From NCBI GenBank assembly GCA_028522875.1, contig GCA_028522875.1_3659.1: a stretch of DNA of 64,000 nt; one strand, 5' to 3'. Under the pieces are notes generated by a model, which was not told where the DNA came from, searched no databases, and was given only the letters and a program-made list of their open reading frames with translations. How positions within the stretch are numbered: position 1 is the first letter of the stretch; every line of letters starts with the position of its first letter. Below, in pieces: positions 24,763 to 34,990 of the stretch. A program made the translations under genes and the position numbers. This stretch comes from a phage.

Positions 24763-25236
24763 ATGGCTATAAACTTTAGACCTACAACAGAGATTGATCT
24801 AGCAGGGCACAACTTTGTGATCACCCACTGGGGACCGATGAAAGCAATGAAAAACATGCCTAAAATCGGTAAGATTGTGGCTGTTCCGCTAGGTGCTATT
24901 GGTGGATCTATTATCTCTGGTGGTCAGAATATGGCAGAGGTCCTTCCTACTGCTCTGGCTTACCTGTTCCAAGAACTTGATGATAGCTCTATTGAAGAGT
25001 TATTTAAAATCTTGTTCGAAGATATTACCGTAGATGGTGTGGATAAGCTTAACCCAGATGTTGTGTTTGCAGGGCATCTGCTGGAGATGATTAAGCTGGC
25101 AGGTAAGGTTCTGGAGGTTAACTACGGCTGTTTTTTCACACAAGACGGTTTAGGAAGCCTTCTGGAGATGTTACAGCAGATGGGTATGATTCAGCAGGTG
25201 AACAACCTGGATCAGACTCCGGAAGAGCAGGAATAA
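24763..25236 (+). CDS. tail assembly chaperone (G-like)
   Basis: 157 aa acidic protein directly upstream of tape measure; contains slippery heptamer near 3' end. Confidence 0.6.
   Translation: MAINFRPTTEIDLAGHNFVITHWGPMKAMKNMPKIGKIVAVPLGAIGGSIISGGQNMAEVLPTALAYLFQELDDSSIEELFKILFEDITVDGVDKLNPDVVFAGHLLEMIKLAGKVLEVNYGCFFTQDGLGSLLEMLQQMGMIQQVNNLDQTPEEQE
25131..25137 (+). other. -1 programmed ribosomal frameshift slippery site T_TTT_TTC
   Basis: Heptamer in X_XXY_YYZ register of the chaperone frame (codons TGT TTT TTC); the -1 frame is open from 25122 to stop at 25496. Confidence 0.6.
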
Positions 25237-25496
25237 GCAAGGTTGTTGTGAGGGCCAGTGAGTGGGCAGCCAAGAACAGTTCACTCAACTGGTTCGACTT
25301 TCTTTGGTGCAGAGTGCTCAAGAATTTCAAAGGGGAAAATTTTGAATCGCTAAATCTTGCAGATATGGCGTATTTCCTGAAGCTCTGTGAGTATCTTGAT
25401 ATCGAAGAATTCCTAGATACCGTCCAAAACAGGGAAATGGAGCGGGAGCAGAAGGCTGCCGCAGCTGCTGCGAAAGCTAAGCGCAGGAGAGGATAA
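25137..25496 (+). CDS. frameshift extension of tail assembly chaperone (GT-like C-terminal part)
   Basis: -1 frame ORF overlapping 3' end of chaperone gene and continuing 260 nt beyond its stop; classic G/GT arrangement upstream of tape measure. Confidence 0.5.
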   Translation, partial: HTRRFRKPSGDVTADGYDSAGEQPGSDSGRAGISKVVVRASEWAAKNSSLNWFDFLWCRVLKNFKGENFESLNLADMAYFLKLCEYLDIEEFLDTVQNREMEREQKAAAAAAKAKRRRG

Positions 25497-25501
25497 TCTA
25501 A

Positions 25502-25538
25502 GGGCCGGATTCCTTTTCTGGGATCTGGCCCTTTTTAT
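25502..25538 (+). terminator. hairpin/terminator-like element between chaperone and tape-measure genes
   Basis: GGGCCGGAT...ATCTGGCCC 9-bp stem (one G-U) followed by TTTTTATT. Confidence 0.45.
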
Positions 25539-25550
25539 TATGAGGAAACC

Positions 25551-27887
25551 ATGGCTACAAACAAAATAGTTGCCACAACAGTCAACAAGATTGGCTTTGA
25601 GATAGAGAACTCCTCCTACAAAAAAGCTGTAGAGAAAATTCGCAGTATTGGGAGGGAGTTCAGGAAACTGGGCGAGGATTTTAACTCAGCCAACCCCATG
25701 AGTAGATGGCAGGCGGTGGCTGTTAAAACCCAGCAAACAATGCAGAGGGTTGCCAGACAGCAATCTCAGGCAAATGCTAAACTGCACAGAGAGAGCGTAG
25801 CACAGGCCAAGAAAGAGGCTGCAGTAAGGGCTGCAATAGAACGTAGGGAGAATGCGAGACGTAAACAAGCTGTAGGTAATCTTACCGCTAAAAATCCAGA
25901 AATGGCTAGGATGCGTAAGTTCTACCAGCAGCAAGCTAAAGAGGCCAAAAAGGCTGCCAAATCTGCACCAGTGTCTTACGGTGGTTATAAGGCACCTAAG
26001 GCAAGAGTTTTGGCTAATGCCAAATCTTTCAAATATATCCCCGGTAACCCTAATATGGGTGGTGTGGCTTCCGACCCTAACCTTGTGAAAGCTCAGACAG
26101 CCGCTATGAATCGTTATCATAGACAGCTAAGAAGAGACAGTAAAGCTGGTATGGATAACAGGCTTATGTCGGATCGTGAGGCAAGGAGAACCCACCTCTA
26201 CAACTCCGCGATAAGACTTTCTGCCAAGTATGGGGCCGGATTCCGTGGAAGCTTGCCAGGATACTCAGAGTTAGAGTCCAGATTTGCTCGCGGGGAGATG
26301 AAGAAGTCAACCTTTAACGCCCACCTGTCAGCGCTGCAGTCTGGGTTTAAAAGCGCCACCAGTCAAACGCTTACACTAGGCGATGCCATGAGAGACCTAC
26401 GTAGATCTGTTATTAATGCAACAGCTGCGTATACGGCTTTTTCTGGATTTACTGCTGTTAACAGATCCGGTCACATGATGGAGGGTGCAAGTGCTGCTCT
26501 TACTGCTGTTACTGGAGATCCAAACAAAGCCAACAGTGAGGTTGCGTTTGTCCAGCAAGAGGCTATGCGTCTTGGTTTTGATCTCAAATCTGGTCTTCAA
26601 GGTTACGCCCAGATGGCGGTAAACGCCAAAAACCAGATGACAAATCAGGAGGTTCATGAGCTGTTCTCTGCATACTCCCAGTATGCTGCTGCTTATGGTG
26701 CTGATGAGGTAAAATATCAGCGCGGTATCATGGCAATACAACAAATGCTAGGCAAGGGACAAGTAATGTCCGAAGAACTGAAGCAACAACTTGCTGAAGC
26801 ATTGCCTGGTGCATACGAACCTTTTATCAAGGCCACCAAAGAGGCTTTTGGTCTTTCTGAGCTCTCCATGGATCAGTTCATGGACATGATGAAGAAAGGT
26901 GAGGTTAAGACAGCCAAGATCATGAAGTATGTGGCTAAGTACATGAACGAGGCATCTGCAGCTGGTTATGAAAGAATGCAGAAGTCTAACGTGCTGGCAG
27001 AAAACAGACTGAAAACCTTCATCGAACTGTCTCGTCAGAAACTGTTCACCCGTTGGGCAGATGAATTGACAGAGTTCTACTACACCCTAATCCGCACAGG
27101 TGAGACTCTGCAATTTGTGTGGGATGCCTCTGGTGATTTTGTTAGCGGGTTTGTGAGGGGTCTTAACTGGGTAGTTGGTGAACTAAACAACACTATAGTT
27201 AAGATCCGCATGTTTTTCCTTGAATGGGGAATTAAATGGGGATTCATAACAGCTAAGACGAAGGAATATTCTGAAGAGCTTCATGACACCTTTAGCTATG
27301 CTAAATGGGCAGGGTTTGCTGCTGCCATCATGCTGGTCGTCAACGCTCTAACAAAAGGTTTTGTCATGGCATCCATGCTTGTAAAAACCTTTAAATTCCT
27401 TAACTCTCTAAGAGGTGCAGCTGGAGCAGCAGGTGCCGCTACTGCAGAAGGATCTGGTGGTGGCGCTCCGGCAGGAAAAGGTGGGGGTGGCCTCAAGACA
27501 CCTGGTGGCAAAGTTGGTCTGCTCGGTAAGCTGGGCATTATCGGTACAATACTAAGCGCCGGGGAATTATTTAATGACCGTTACAACCCACTAAGTGAAA
27601 GAAATCAGCAGCTGGATACTATCAGCGATATGATTCGCAAAGATATCATATCGGGAGGTAACGGGTTTGTTAATCCTTTGGACACCTTACCAGGTGGGAC
27701 TCTTCCGTTGCCAGGTGGCCCCGGTTTTGCTTCTCAATTAAGAACTATGGAAATGCTACCTTTAGAGATCAGTGATGGGAAAATCACGATTTCAATAGAT
27801 GAGGGTGAGTTTAACAAAATATTTGATGCAAAACTTGAGTGGGAGAACAATAAAGATATCAACTTCATGTCTACCGACCTTTGGTAA
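25551..27887 (+). CDS. tail tape measure protein
   Basis: 778 aa; position after G/GT chaperone; long helical/coiled-coil-like N-terminal half, hydrophobic segments, Gly-rich stretch GAAGAAGAATAEGSGGGAPAGKGGGG. Confidence 0.75.
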   Translation: MATNKIVATTVNKIGFEIENSSYKKAVEKIRSIGREFRKLGEDFNSANPMSRWQAVAVKTQQTMQRVARQQSQANAKLHRESVAQAKKEAAVRAAIERRENARRKQAVGNLTAKNPEMARMRKFYQQQAKEAKKAAKSAPVSYGGYKAPKARVLANAKSFKYIPGNPNMGGVASDPNLVKAQTAAMNRYHRQLRRDSKAGMDNRLMSDREARRTHLYNSAIRLSAKYGAGFRGSLPGYSELESRFARGEMKKSTFNAHLSALQSGFKSATSQTLTLGDAMRDLRRSVINATAAYTAFSGFTAVNRSGHMMEGASAALTAVTGDPNKANSEVAFVQQEAMRLGFDLKSGLQGYAQMAVNAKNQMTNQEVHELFSAYSQYAAAYGADEVKYQRGIMAIQQMLGKGQVMSEELKQQLAEALPGAYEPFIKATKEAFGLSELSMDQFMDMMKKGEVKTAKIMKYVAKYMNEASAAGYERMQKSNVLAENRLKTFIELSRQKLFTRWADELTEFYYTLIRTGETLQFVWDASGDFVSGFVRGLNWVVGELNNTIVKIRMFFLEWGIKWGFITAKTKEYSEELHDTFSYAKWAGFAAAIMLVVNALTKGFVMASMLVKTFKFLNSLRGAAGAAGAATAEGSGGGAPAGKGGGGLKTPGGKVGLLGKLGIIGTILSAGELFNDRYNPLSERNQQLDTISDMIRKDIISGGNGFVNPLDTLPGGTLPLPGGPGFASQLRTMEMLPLEISDGKITISIDEGEFNKIFDAKLEWENNKDINFMSTDLW

Positions 27888-27898
27888 TAAACTGTGCA

Positions 27899-27922
27899 GG
27901 GGGCTCCGGCCCCCTTTATTTT
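27899..27922 (+). terminator. intrinsic terminator after tape measure gene
   Basis: GGGGGC-TCCG-GCCCCC followed by TTTATTTT. Confidence 0.65.
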
Positions 27923-27991
27923 ATCGGTGTTGTAAAAACAGCTATTTTATGATACAATATCTAGATGGTATCGGAGTGTCCTGGAGAGGTT

Positions 27992-28876
27992 ATGCCAAGC
28001 AATATAGTTGATGAAAAAGACCTGTACAAGCCTCAAGAGGTTAAATCTCCAAAGGCTGAAAAGGCAGAGCAGCAAACTGAAAGCGATGTAAAGTACACTA
28101 TGTTTGTCAGTGGTCTTAACTATGGTGGTCGCAATACGGAGATGAAGGGTAAAAACTTTACTAACGATCTTGCCATTATCTTCGATCAGGTTGAGAACTA
28201 TTCTTTCAAACATTCTGTTGATAAAACTGGTTTTGCAGTGGAAGATAAATCTACCATGTCAGACCACGCTGTAATTAAAGATGGTGTATTTTCTTTTACT
28301 GGTAGGGTAAATACATCCCCACATATAATTTATGAGCAAAACTACATTGATAGGAATACTGACTCTAAAAACCCTGCAGCATCTATGCGACCAGGCGCTG
28401 CATTGGAGGCTTTGACTGAGATTATCAATAAGCGACAGTTGGTTTCTTTGGTTACCGAGGAGAGACTCCTTGAGAACTACATCATAACCAGTCTTTCTGC
28501 CAACAAGTCTGTTGGTGAAGGCGCTGCAATGGTGTTTGATGTAGAACTTACAGAGTTCCGCACATTCTACTTGAATAAGGTTGTTAATGCAACTGTATAC
28601 AGCAATCCTAAAAAAGTTGGGAAGACCCAGCAAAAAGGTGCTGTCAACGATTGCAAGAATGGTAGTAATGTAGGTAACAAGAGAGATACAGGGGCATTTG
28701 CAGACACTGCATCCACAAATGCTGCAGAAGAGTGGCAGCCATACAAGTCTATGATGTGGACAGATGAAAACGGTGTTACCCAGTCCGCTGCCGATTGGTA
28801 CTATCAGGAATATGGAAGACCTTCCACTATAGTTCCGTCAGAGCAGGGAAACTACGACAAAGTTAACGGAAAATAA
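27992..28876 (+). CDS. putative distal tail/baseplate protein
   Basis: about 295 aa from ATG 27992 behind GGAGAGG; first gene after tape measure. Confidence 0.35.
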   Translation: MPSNIVDEKDLYKPQEVKSPKAEKAEQQTESDVKYTMFVSGLNYGGRNTEMKGKNFTNDLAIIFDQVENYSFKHSVDKTGFAVEDKSTMSDHAVIKDGVFSFTGRVNTSPHIIYEQNYIDRNTDSKNPAASMRPGAALEALTEIINKRQLVSLVTEERLLENYIITSLSANKSVGEGAAMVFDVELTEFRTFYLNKVVNATVYSNPKKVGKTQQKGAVNDCKNGSNVGNKRDTGAFADTASTNAAEEWQPYKSMMWTDENGVTQSAADWYYQEYGRPSTIVPSEQGNYDKVNGK

Positions 28877-28887
28877 GGGGAACAGTA

Positions 28888-29268
28888 ATGGAGATTAAAG
28901 ATTGGTGTGTAATCACTTTTGTGTGGGACATTGATGGCTTTCCTGATCAAACCATGCGTGTTGTTTTAGATAACGAAACGTATGAAATGCGTATGCAGTG
29001 GAATGAAAGAGATGAGTCCTGGTGGCTATCCCTTGGTCCGGTAGGGGATAGTCCTCTAGTAACCAGAAAAGTAACAGCTTGTCAAGATATTTTAGACGGA
29101 CTGCATTACAGAGATGATTTACCGAAAGGTAGACTGATGGCGCTGTCGTTTAAAGACGATCAATATTGGGGCAGGGTGGGAAGATATAACCTTGGGGCGA
29201 GATCTGAGCTACAGCTTGTATACGGCACCCCGGTTGATCTTTACAAGGAACAGCAAGGGTTAGAATAA
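28888..29268 (+). CDS. putative baseplate/tail protein (126 aa)
   Basis: ORF with AAGGGGAA RBS in tail module; no motif. Confidence 0.3.
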   Translation: MEIKDWCVITFVWDIDGFPDQTMRVVLDNETYEMRMQWNERDESWWLSLGPVGDSPLVTRKVTACQDILDGLHYRDDLPKGRLMALSFKDDQYWGRVGRYNLGARSELQLVYGTPVDLYKEQQGLE

Positions 29269-30272
29269 TGGCAGAGTACAGACGTAGAACATGGCGATTA
29301 TTGTTTGGTCGTCCTGTAGAACATGGCGGCAAATCAAAAACCAATATCTCAAAATCTGTTGAAAAGAAAGGGGAGAGTGATTCCGGAGTTTATGAAGTTA
29401 GCTCGGACACTGGTGCTGCCAATATGGAGTTTGACATACAAAAGGACAATACCAAAGAGCCAAACAAAGGTTATGTGACAGTTTACAACCTGTCTGACGA
29501 TACAGTTAACTATTTGGATATGCATCAGGCTGATGCCCTTGCAGTTATGTTTGAAGCTGGCTATGATAATGAGAACCAGTTGATATTCTCCGGAACTGTG
29601 GAGTTTGTTGAAGACAGATGGGAAGGTCCGACCAGAAAAACTAAGTTCATCTTTGGGGATGGCACTGAGAACATCATTAAGTGCCAAAGCACAAGATCTT
29701 ATCAGAAAGGCACACCTCTGAACTCTGTGCTTAATGACCTACTGAAGGATATGAACTTGCCAAAGGGTAGGGTTGTTGGTTTTGGAAACCAGACTTTGCA
29801 ATACTCTATGGCTTTCTCTGGAAACACTGCAGAGAACCTCCGCAGGTTTGCAAGGCTGACCAACTCAACATTTAGCGTTCAGGATGGGGCTTTGTATTGG
29901 ACCAAGGTTGGAAAAAGGTTCAAGGACTCTGTGTTTGAAATAAGTGCAGAGTCTGGGATGCACGGATCTCCTACCCCTAAAAACCCAGAACCTGCTAAAA
30001 AACGAAAAGCTAAAGCTGCTGCCAAAGGTGGTTCGACATCTAAAAAGAAAAAGAAAAACCCGAGAGAGGATGTTGGCCTTACTGTAACCACATGCCTTAA
30101 CGGAGCTATCCTCCCAGAGTCCACTATTTATCTTAAAAGCAAGCAATATACAGGCTTCTATAAGGTGATCACGGTACATCATAAGGGCACCATAGAAGGT
30201 GGTGATTACACTACAGAGCTTGGCCTTGGGGAAACAGTGGGTGGAGTTGTTGACAAGACTGAGGAGGTATAA
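29268..30272 (+). CDS. putative baseplate hub/tail protein (334 aa)
   Basis: Overlapping start/stop with neighbours; Lys-rich patch KKRKAKAAAKGGSTSKKKKKNP. Confidence 0.3.
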   Translation: MAEYRRRTWRLLFGRPVEHGGKSKTNISKSVEKKGESDSGVYEVSSDTGAANMEFDIQKDNTKEPNKGYVTVYNLSDDTVNYLDMHQADALAVMFEAGYDNENQLIFSGTVEFVEDRWEGPTRKTKFIFGDGTENIIKCQSTRSYQKGTPLNSVLNDLLKDMNLPKGRVVGFGNQTLQYSMAFSGNTAENLRRFARLTNSTFSVQDGALYWTKVGKRFKDSVFEISAESGMHGSPTPKNPEPAKKRKAKAAAKGGSTSKKKKKNPREDVGLTVTTCLNGAILPESTIYLKSKQYTGFYKVITVHHKGTIEGGDYTTELGLGETVGGVVDKTEEV

Positions 30273-30949
30273 TGGCAATAAATAGGAAAGATGCTGCTGT
30301 AAGATCTTTTATGGAAAAAATAATGAGGGACTACCACACCAGTATCAGGGCCAGGGTTGTCAGTGTAGACTACAGTATACCTTCTGCATCCGTGCAGCCA
30401 ATAGCTGAAACTACGTTTGATGACGGGGATGTAGAGAGATACCCTCTTATCTATGACGTTCCAATTCAGGTGATGTCTGCAAACAGCGGAAAGGCAAGGT
30501 TAACACTTCCTATTAAGGCTGGAGATGTTGTAGGATTACAGTTTTCAGAGAGAAATGAAAACAATAACGACGATCAACAAACTCACGGCCTGTTTCCTGG
30601 GTGGGCAATCACCTCTGTTCATTCAGACTCAAACGCTTTACAGATCGATCCTGATAACGTAGAGTTATGGAATGATAGGGTTTATTTTAAACTGACACCT
30701 TCTGGCGATTTTGAGCTTCAAACACCTGGTGGGACATTACGGTGTGACAGCAGCGGGGAGTTCTCTTTCACTAACGGTGCTGCCAATTTGCGAGCTGCTG
30801 TGGATGGAAATATCAGAATGAATGGTGCCACAATAGACCCATCTGGTAGAATTATAACTGCTGCTGGTGTGGATTTGGATTCATTCTATGCAGAATATAA
30901 AGGTCATACCCACTCTTGCCCTGATGGCGAGACAAGTGGACCGCACTAA
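30272..30949 (+). CDS. putative baseplate spike/central protein (225 aa)
   Basis: GGAGG RBS; position in baseplate block. Confidence 0.3.
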   Translation: MAINRKDAAVRSFMEKIMRDYHTSIRARVVSVDYSIPSASVQPIAETTFDDGDVERYPLIYDVPIQVMSANSGKARLTLPIKAGDVVGLQFSERNENNNDDQQTHGLFPGWAITSVHSDSNALQIDPDNVELWNDRVYFKLTPSGDFELQTPGGTLRCDSSGEFSFTNGAANLRAAVDGNIRMNGATIDPSGRIITAAGVDLDSFYAEYKGHTHSCPDGETSGPH

Positions 30950-30961
30950 TAGAGGGCTTTC

Positions 30962-31678
30962 ATGGCTACGCTTTATAGTGATATATTGATGGACCCACAG
31001 ACAGGCGATTTGGCGATAGACAAAGGTCTTGAGTTGATAGATTCAAACCAGGTAAGTCTGCGCCAGCGCTTGTGGATGAGGTTTAATACGTGGAAGGGGA
31101 GCTGGTACTTTGACGAGTTGTTTGGCTTCCCTTATATGGACTTTCTCAGTAAGAAGGTCATGAAGACTGTTCTTGATAACAAGATTATGGAAGTGGCAAG
31201 ACAAGAGCCGGATGTGCTAAACATCATAAACTTCCAGTCTACCATGGATCGAAGATCGAGAACATACCAAGCGTTCTTTGAGGTTGTTACCAAAGAGAAC
31301 GAGATTGTAAGGCTGGCTTTCGTAGGTCTTGATCAGTTTACCTACCCACAGCCTGATTCTGGGACAACCTCTCTCTGCGATGATGAAGGTTGGATTAAGT
31401 GGGCTAATAAACTGTACTACCTGATCAACTTCAGATTGCCTAGAACCGGAGATGCCACATGGTGGAACCAGTATGCTGGTCCTGAGATGGAAAACCCGAT
31501 CCCTGTAGGCTCTCTGTTGACTCAGGATAAAGATCTGCTGATGACTGAGGCAGAACAAACCATTAACCGCAACACCTGGACGCTTGCTCCAGATGAGCGC
31601 GAATACTCTGGTGTTATTGCTACCTCCAATGATGAGGCTATTGCCAACCAGTCTGGTCGTGCTATTGATGTTAACTAA
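30962..31678 (+). CDS. putative baseplate wedge protein (238 aa)
   Basis: AGAGGG RBS; position in baseplate block. Confidence 0.3.
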   Translation: MATLYSDILMDPQTGDLAIDKGLELIDSNQVSLRQRLWMRFNTWKGSWYFDELFGFPYMDFLSKKVMKTVLDNKIMEVARQEPDVLNIINFQSTMDRRSRTYQAFFEVVTKENEIVRLAFVGLDQFTYPQPDSGTTSLCDDEGWIKWANKLYYLINFRLPRTGDATWWNQYAGPEMENPIPVGSLLTQDKDLLMTEAEQTINRNTWTLAPDEREYSGVIATSNDEAIANQSGRAIDVN

Positions 31679-31687
31679 GGAGAAATC

Positions 31688-32356
31688 ATGGCTGTAGCTT
31701 ATCCTACAATACCAATTCCAGATCTTGAAGATGCAGAAACAGTCCTGAGTGATGACTTCTTGGTTGTCAACCAGACTGATGGGACAAGAAAGGCTAAGAT
31801 TGACGATGTTGTCAACGATCTTAGCATCACTAAGATAGTCTATTTCACAGAAGGTGGTTATCTTAAGAGTAAGAAGGACTTTGCTTATGATCCAGAAACT
31901 AAGCGCTACTACACGTGGAACGGGGATTATCCTAAAATAATCCTCCCAGACTCCACTGTAGAGGGTGCTGGAGGTGTGTCTGCAAATGCCTGGTCTGTTT
32001 TTGGTGAGCTTGCTGCAACTTCTTCTGGCAGAATAGTTGATTACGGATCTATCGGCGGTCAGCTTGATATGGATCTTGAAGTTGCGGATACTTTTAAGGT
32101 TCGACTAACTTCAAATACCACAATCTCTTTTGAAAATCAAACAGAAGGTCTTGAAGGGGTGGCGAGAACTATAACCGTATGCATTACTCAGACCTCTGGC
32201 GGCAACAAAGTCTATTGGCCTGGTAATGTTAAATGGTCCTACGGAAGAGATCCTATCCTAACATTTACAGCTGGTGCAACAGATATTTTCAAGTTGGAAA
32301 CCTACGACAACGGGTTAACTTGGTACGGGGCACTGATTATCGCAGGAGCTATCTAA
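31688..32356 (+). CDS. tail fibre/spike N-terminal anchor-domain protein (222 aa)
   Basis: N-terminal about 100 aa clearly homologous to N-terminus of the 1481-aa fibre at 34991 (DDxLVVxQxDxTRxxKIxDVV...EGGxL...DFAY); AGGAG RBS. Confidence 0.45.
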   Translation: MAVAYPTIPIPDLEDAETVLSDDFLVVNQTDGTRKAKIDDVVNDLSITKIVYFTEGGYLKSKKDFAYDPETKRYYTWNGDYPKIILPDSTVEGAGGVSANAWSVFGELAATSSGRIVDYGSIGGQLDMDLEVADTFKVRLTSNTTISFENQTEGLEGVARTITVCITQTSGGNKVYWPGNVKWSYGRDPILTFTAGATDIFKLETYDNGLTWYGALIIAGAI

Positions 32357-32357
32357 G

Positions 32358-34955
32358 ATGCGTATTCAACATAACATTGATAACGTATTTCAGATGATTG
32401 AGGGGCACAGGAAGTGCCTCGATAACAACACAGGTATTACCAACACCCCTACACAAAATAAGCTAGTAAACCCTGATGGTCTTATAGCTGCAGGGTGGGC
32501 AGGTAATAAGATAAATAATGATTGGGCGATGCATGAGTCCCAAGCTGTGTTGATTCTGGGATACATTGAAGCATACAGGGCATCGAAAAGCGATTTCTAT
32601 CTGGATAGGGCAAAAGATGCTTGGGAAGCTTACAATAGCCATCTTCTAGGTGCATATGCAGTAGAAAGTAAAATGCAAAGATTGTCCCACTACCCTCTAT
32701 CTACAGATGGGGTTCCATCACATGGTGGGTTTAAAGATGTGGTGGTGTCTTTTACCAATGGTAGAGGAAAAATCCCAGCTGGATCTCCGACATGGGGGGA
32801 ATACCTGGACAAGGCATTCCAAGCGTATAACGGCGTGTTAGGAAGAAACACTGTAGACTCTGATGTTTACGGTGGCACAGATGATAACCCAGATTGGACA
32901 ACATCCGGATTAAGTTGGTGGGTTGAGTGGTATATAGCATGGGATGGTAATCGCTATTGGGCTAACGGTAGCATAGCTGATAGTGGTCATACGTCTGTAG
33001 AGTTTGGCACAATCCAATTACAAGACAAGGGTGTTACAGGCAACCACAAAGTGACCTATTGTGTAAGATTACCTCAAGAGCAGGGTGGATCGGTGATCCC
33101 TGCTGGATCCCCTGTAATTGTGAATCCTATAAACGTGGTTGCAGACAATCAAGCCCCAGAGTTGGATGGGGAAGAAATGTGGTGTGACGCTTGTTATCAA
33201 CTCTACACCTTGACAGGTGAGGAAAAGTATTACACCGCGTTTAAACAGTCTTACAACAAGTTGCTTAATTTCAGTGATATAAACGCTTACGACAAACTGT
33301 TTAGAAAGACCACGTTGATTAAGGCACCATTTACAGATGGTACTTGTCTTGTTGCAGGAACAGTTCCTGTCACGAGCAGAGACAGTGACGGGTATATCAA
33401 TTTTAGAATGAACGCACGCCAGCCTTGCGAAATAATTCAAAAAGGTACCACCTACAAAATAGGCAGAGATGCTGAAATTGTCATGAATTTCGGAGGGGAG
33501 GGGGTTCTGTTCCAGCCACATTTCATCCTTAATGATGGCAACAATAACAAAAAACAGTACAGGATAGGTGTCCCTTTTGGAGGTGCAGAGGTAACAGAAA
33601 TAGTTGCCAAGGTTACTGATTTCGTAGAGGTAGTTGGTAAAGACGGTAATCCGTACCTCTTACCTAAAGAGGAAAACATTGCCGTGAGCGGTGGTGCCAG
33701 TGTTAGTATGCAGTACGATACTGACATTTACAACCACTCTGACAACTTCACCCGTTGTAATATAGCAAGAGGCAAAGTAACTTTCAATTTTGGAAGAGAG
33801 ATTTCTTTAAACTCAGTAACTTATCGATCAGATGATGAGATGGTAAGGGTCAAATTTCTTGACAAAGATAGGTGGTTATGGTATGCTGATCTATATGCCA
33901 CCAATGGACAATGGATAACAGAAACTCTTACTCTAGGAGATTTCAAACTAGATCCGACACAACCTCATCACACTGAAGAAGAGATTAAACCTTTCTTTGC
34001 TAATCCTAAGGGACTCACCTCTGTAGATTTCAGCCTAAGCGACAGACAGATAGGTAATGGCTTGTTTGATCTATATTGCGTCAACACACTGCCGCAATTC
34101 TATATTGCAGATAGGGATGCTTATCTAATCTGGTTTAGCGTATGGATGGCAAGCAAGACAGAATCAACCGCTAAGGTTGGTGATTGCTATGTCAGAAACT
34201 ACAAGCAAGGTGCATACAGGCACACTCCTGGTGTGTTCCCTGCCGGAAAGGTGATAGATAAGGAAAACTATATCTTAGAGGAAAGGCCAAATTGGCCCTA
34301 CCCAGGCATGCAATACCCAGCAGTCTACTGCATGGGTGCAGAAAACATAGATCGCCATAGATTGTCAAATACAATAGGCTTTCTGTATGACGCTCAAGTC
34401 TGGTATAATAATACATTTAAGACAGAGGGTCCAGTTGCCTCACGTTATGTATGGCAAAGAGGTAATGAAGGGTTGACTGGTTGGTGGGAGATGGTAGATA
34501 ACTCTAAGCTCCAGTCAAGATCTTTTGTTGCTGCGTGCCGCACAATCTATGAGCTCAAGAAACATAAAGAACCTGTTGATGAAAGATTATTCCTGTTCTG
34601 CCAGAAATGGGCATGGTTCCTCAACAGATTCCAGTCATCTCATTCAGGAAATCTACCTACAGACTTTAACACCTCTGGGGGATATTCTTATCAAGATAGA
34701 GGCGACAGGATGTGGGTGGTAGGTGAATGGCTTGCAGGTTGCTGCTGGCTAGGTCTGTGCGGGTATTCAGAGACAATACCCCAAATAGATATTGTTGTAG
34801 AGGCCTGTGTGAAGCTACTGCAAAAGCACCACTTCATTAATAGGGATAATGTTTTAAACGGCTGCTGGGCAGTTTCTGATCCGGTTGGCTATCACTCTGG
34901 CGAAATCCTTCGCGGTCTGGGCCTTTATGCTCAATACCGTGGATTGTACCTTTAA
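32358..34955 (+). CDS. large tail-associated protein with (alpha/alpha)6-barrel glycosidase-like regions; possible polysaccharide depolymerase
   Basis: 865 aa; starts 1 nt after stop of anchor-domain gene; enzyme-fold assignment from weak sequence patterns only. Confidence 0.3.
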   Translation: MRIQHNIDNVFQMIEGHRKCLDNNTGITNTPTQNKLVNPDGLIAAGWAGNKINNDWAMHESQAVLILGYIEAYRASKSDFYLDRAKDAWEAYNSHLLGAYAVESKMQRLSHYPLSTDGVPSHGGFKDVVVSFTNGRGKIPAGSPTWGEYLDKAFQAYNGVLGRNTVDSDVYGGTDDNPDWTTSGLSWWVEWYIAWDGNRYWANGSIADSGHTSVEFGTIQLQDKGVTGNHKVTYCVRLPQEQGGSVIPAGSPVIVNPINVVADNQAPELDGEEMWCDACYQLYTLTGEEKYYTAFKQSYNKLLNFSDINAYDKLFRKTTLIKAPFTDGTCLVAGTVPVTSRDSDGYINFRMNARQPCEIIQKGTTYKIGRDAEIVMNFGGEGVLFQPHFILNDGNNNKKQYRIGVPFGGAEVTEIVAKVTDFVEVVGKDGNPYLLPKEENIAVSGGASVSMQYDTDIYNHSDNFTRCNIARGKVTFNFGREISLNSVTYRSDDEMVRVKFLDKDRWLWYADLYATNGQWITETLTLGDFKLDPTQPHHTEEEIKPFFANPKGLTSVDFSLSDRQIGNGLFDLYCVNTLPQFYIADRDAYLIWFSVWMASKTESTAKVGDCYVRNYKQGAYRHTPGVFPAGKVIDKENYILEERPNWPYPGMQYPAVYCMGAENIDRHRLSNTIGFLYDAQVWYNNTFKTEGPVASRYVWQRGNEGLTGWWEMVDNSKLQSRSFVAACRTIYELKKHKEPVDERLFLFCQKWAWFLNRFQSSHSGNLPTDFNTSGGYSYQDRGDRMWVVGEWLAGCCWLGLCGYSETIPQIDIVVEACVKLLQKHHFINRDNVLNGCWAVSDPVGYHSGEILRGLGLYAQYRGLYL

Positions 34956-34990
34956 CATAGGGGGCTGTTTGCCCCCTTTCAGGAGAAAGA

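Noticed and set aside
27296-27538. Minus-strand Pro/Ala-rich 80-aa ORF
   Set aside because: Antisense to the Gly/Ala-rich segment of the tape-measure gene; artifact of repetitive GC-rich codons.
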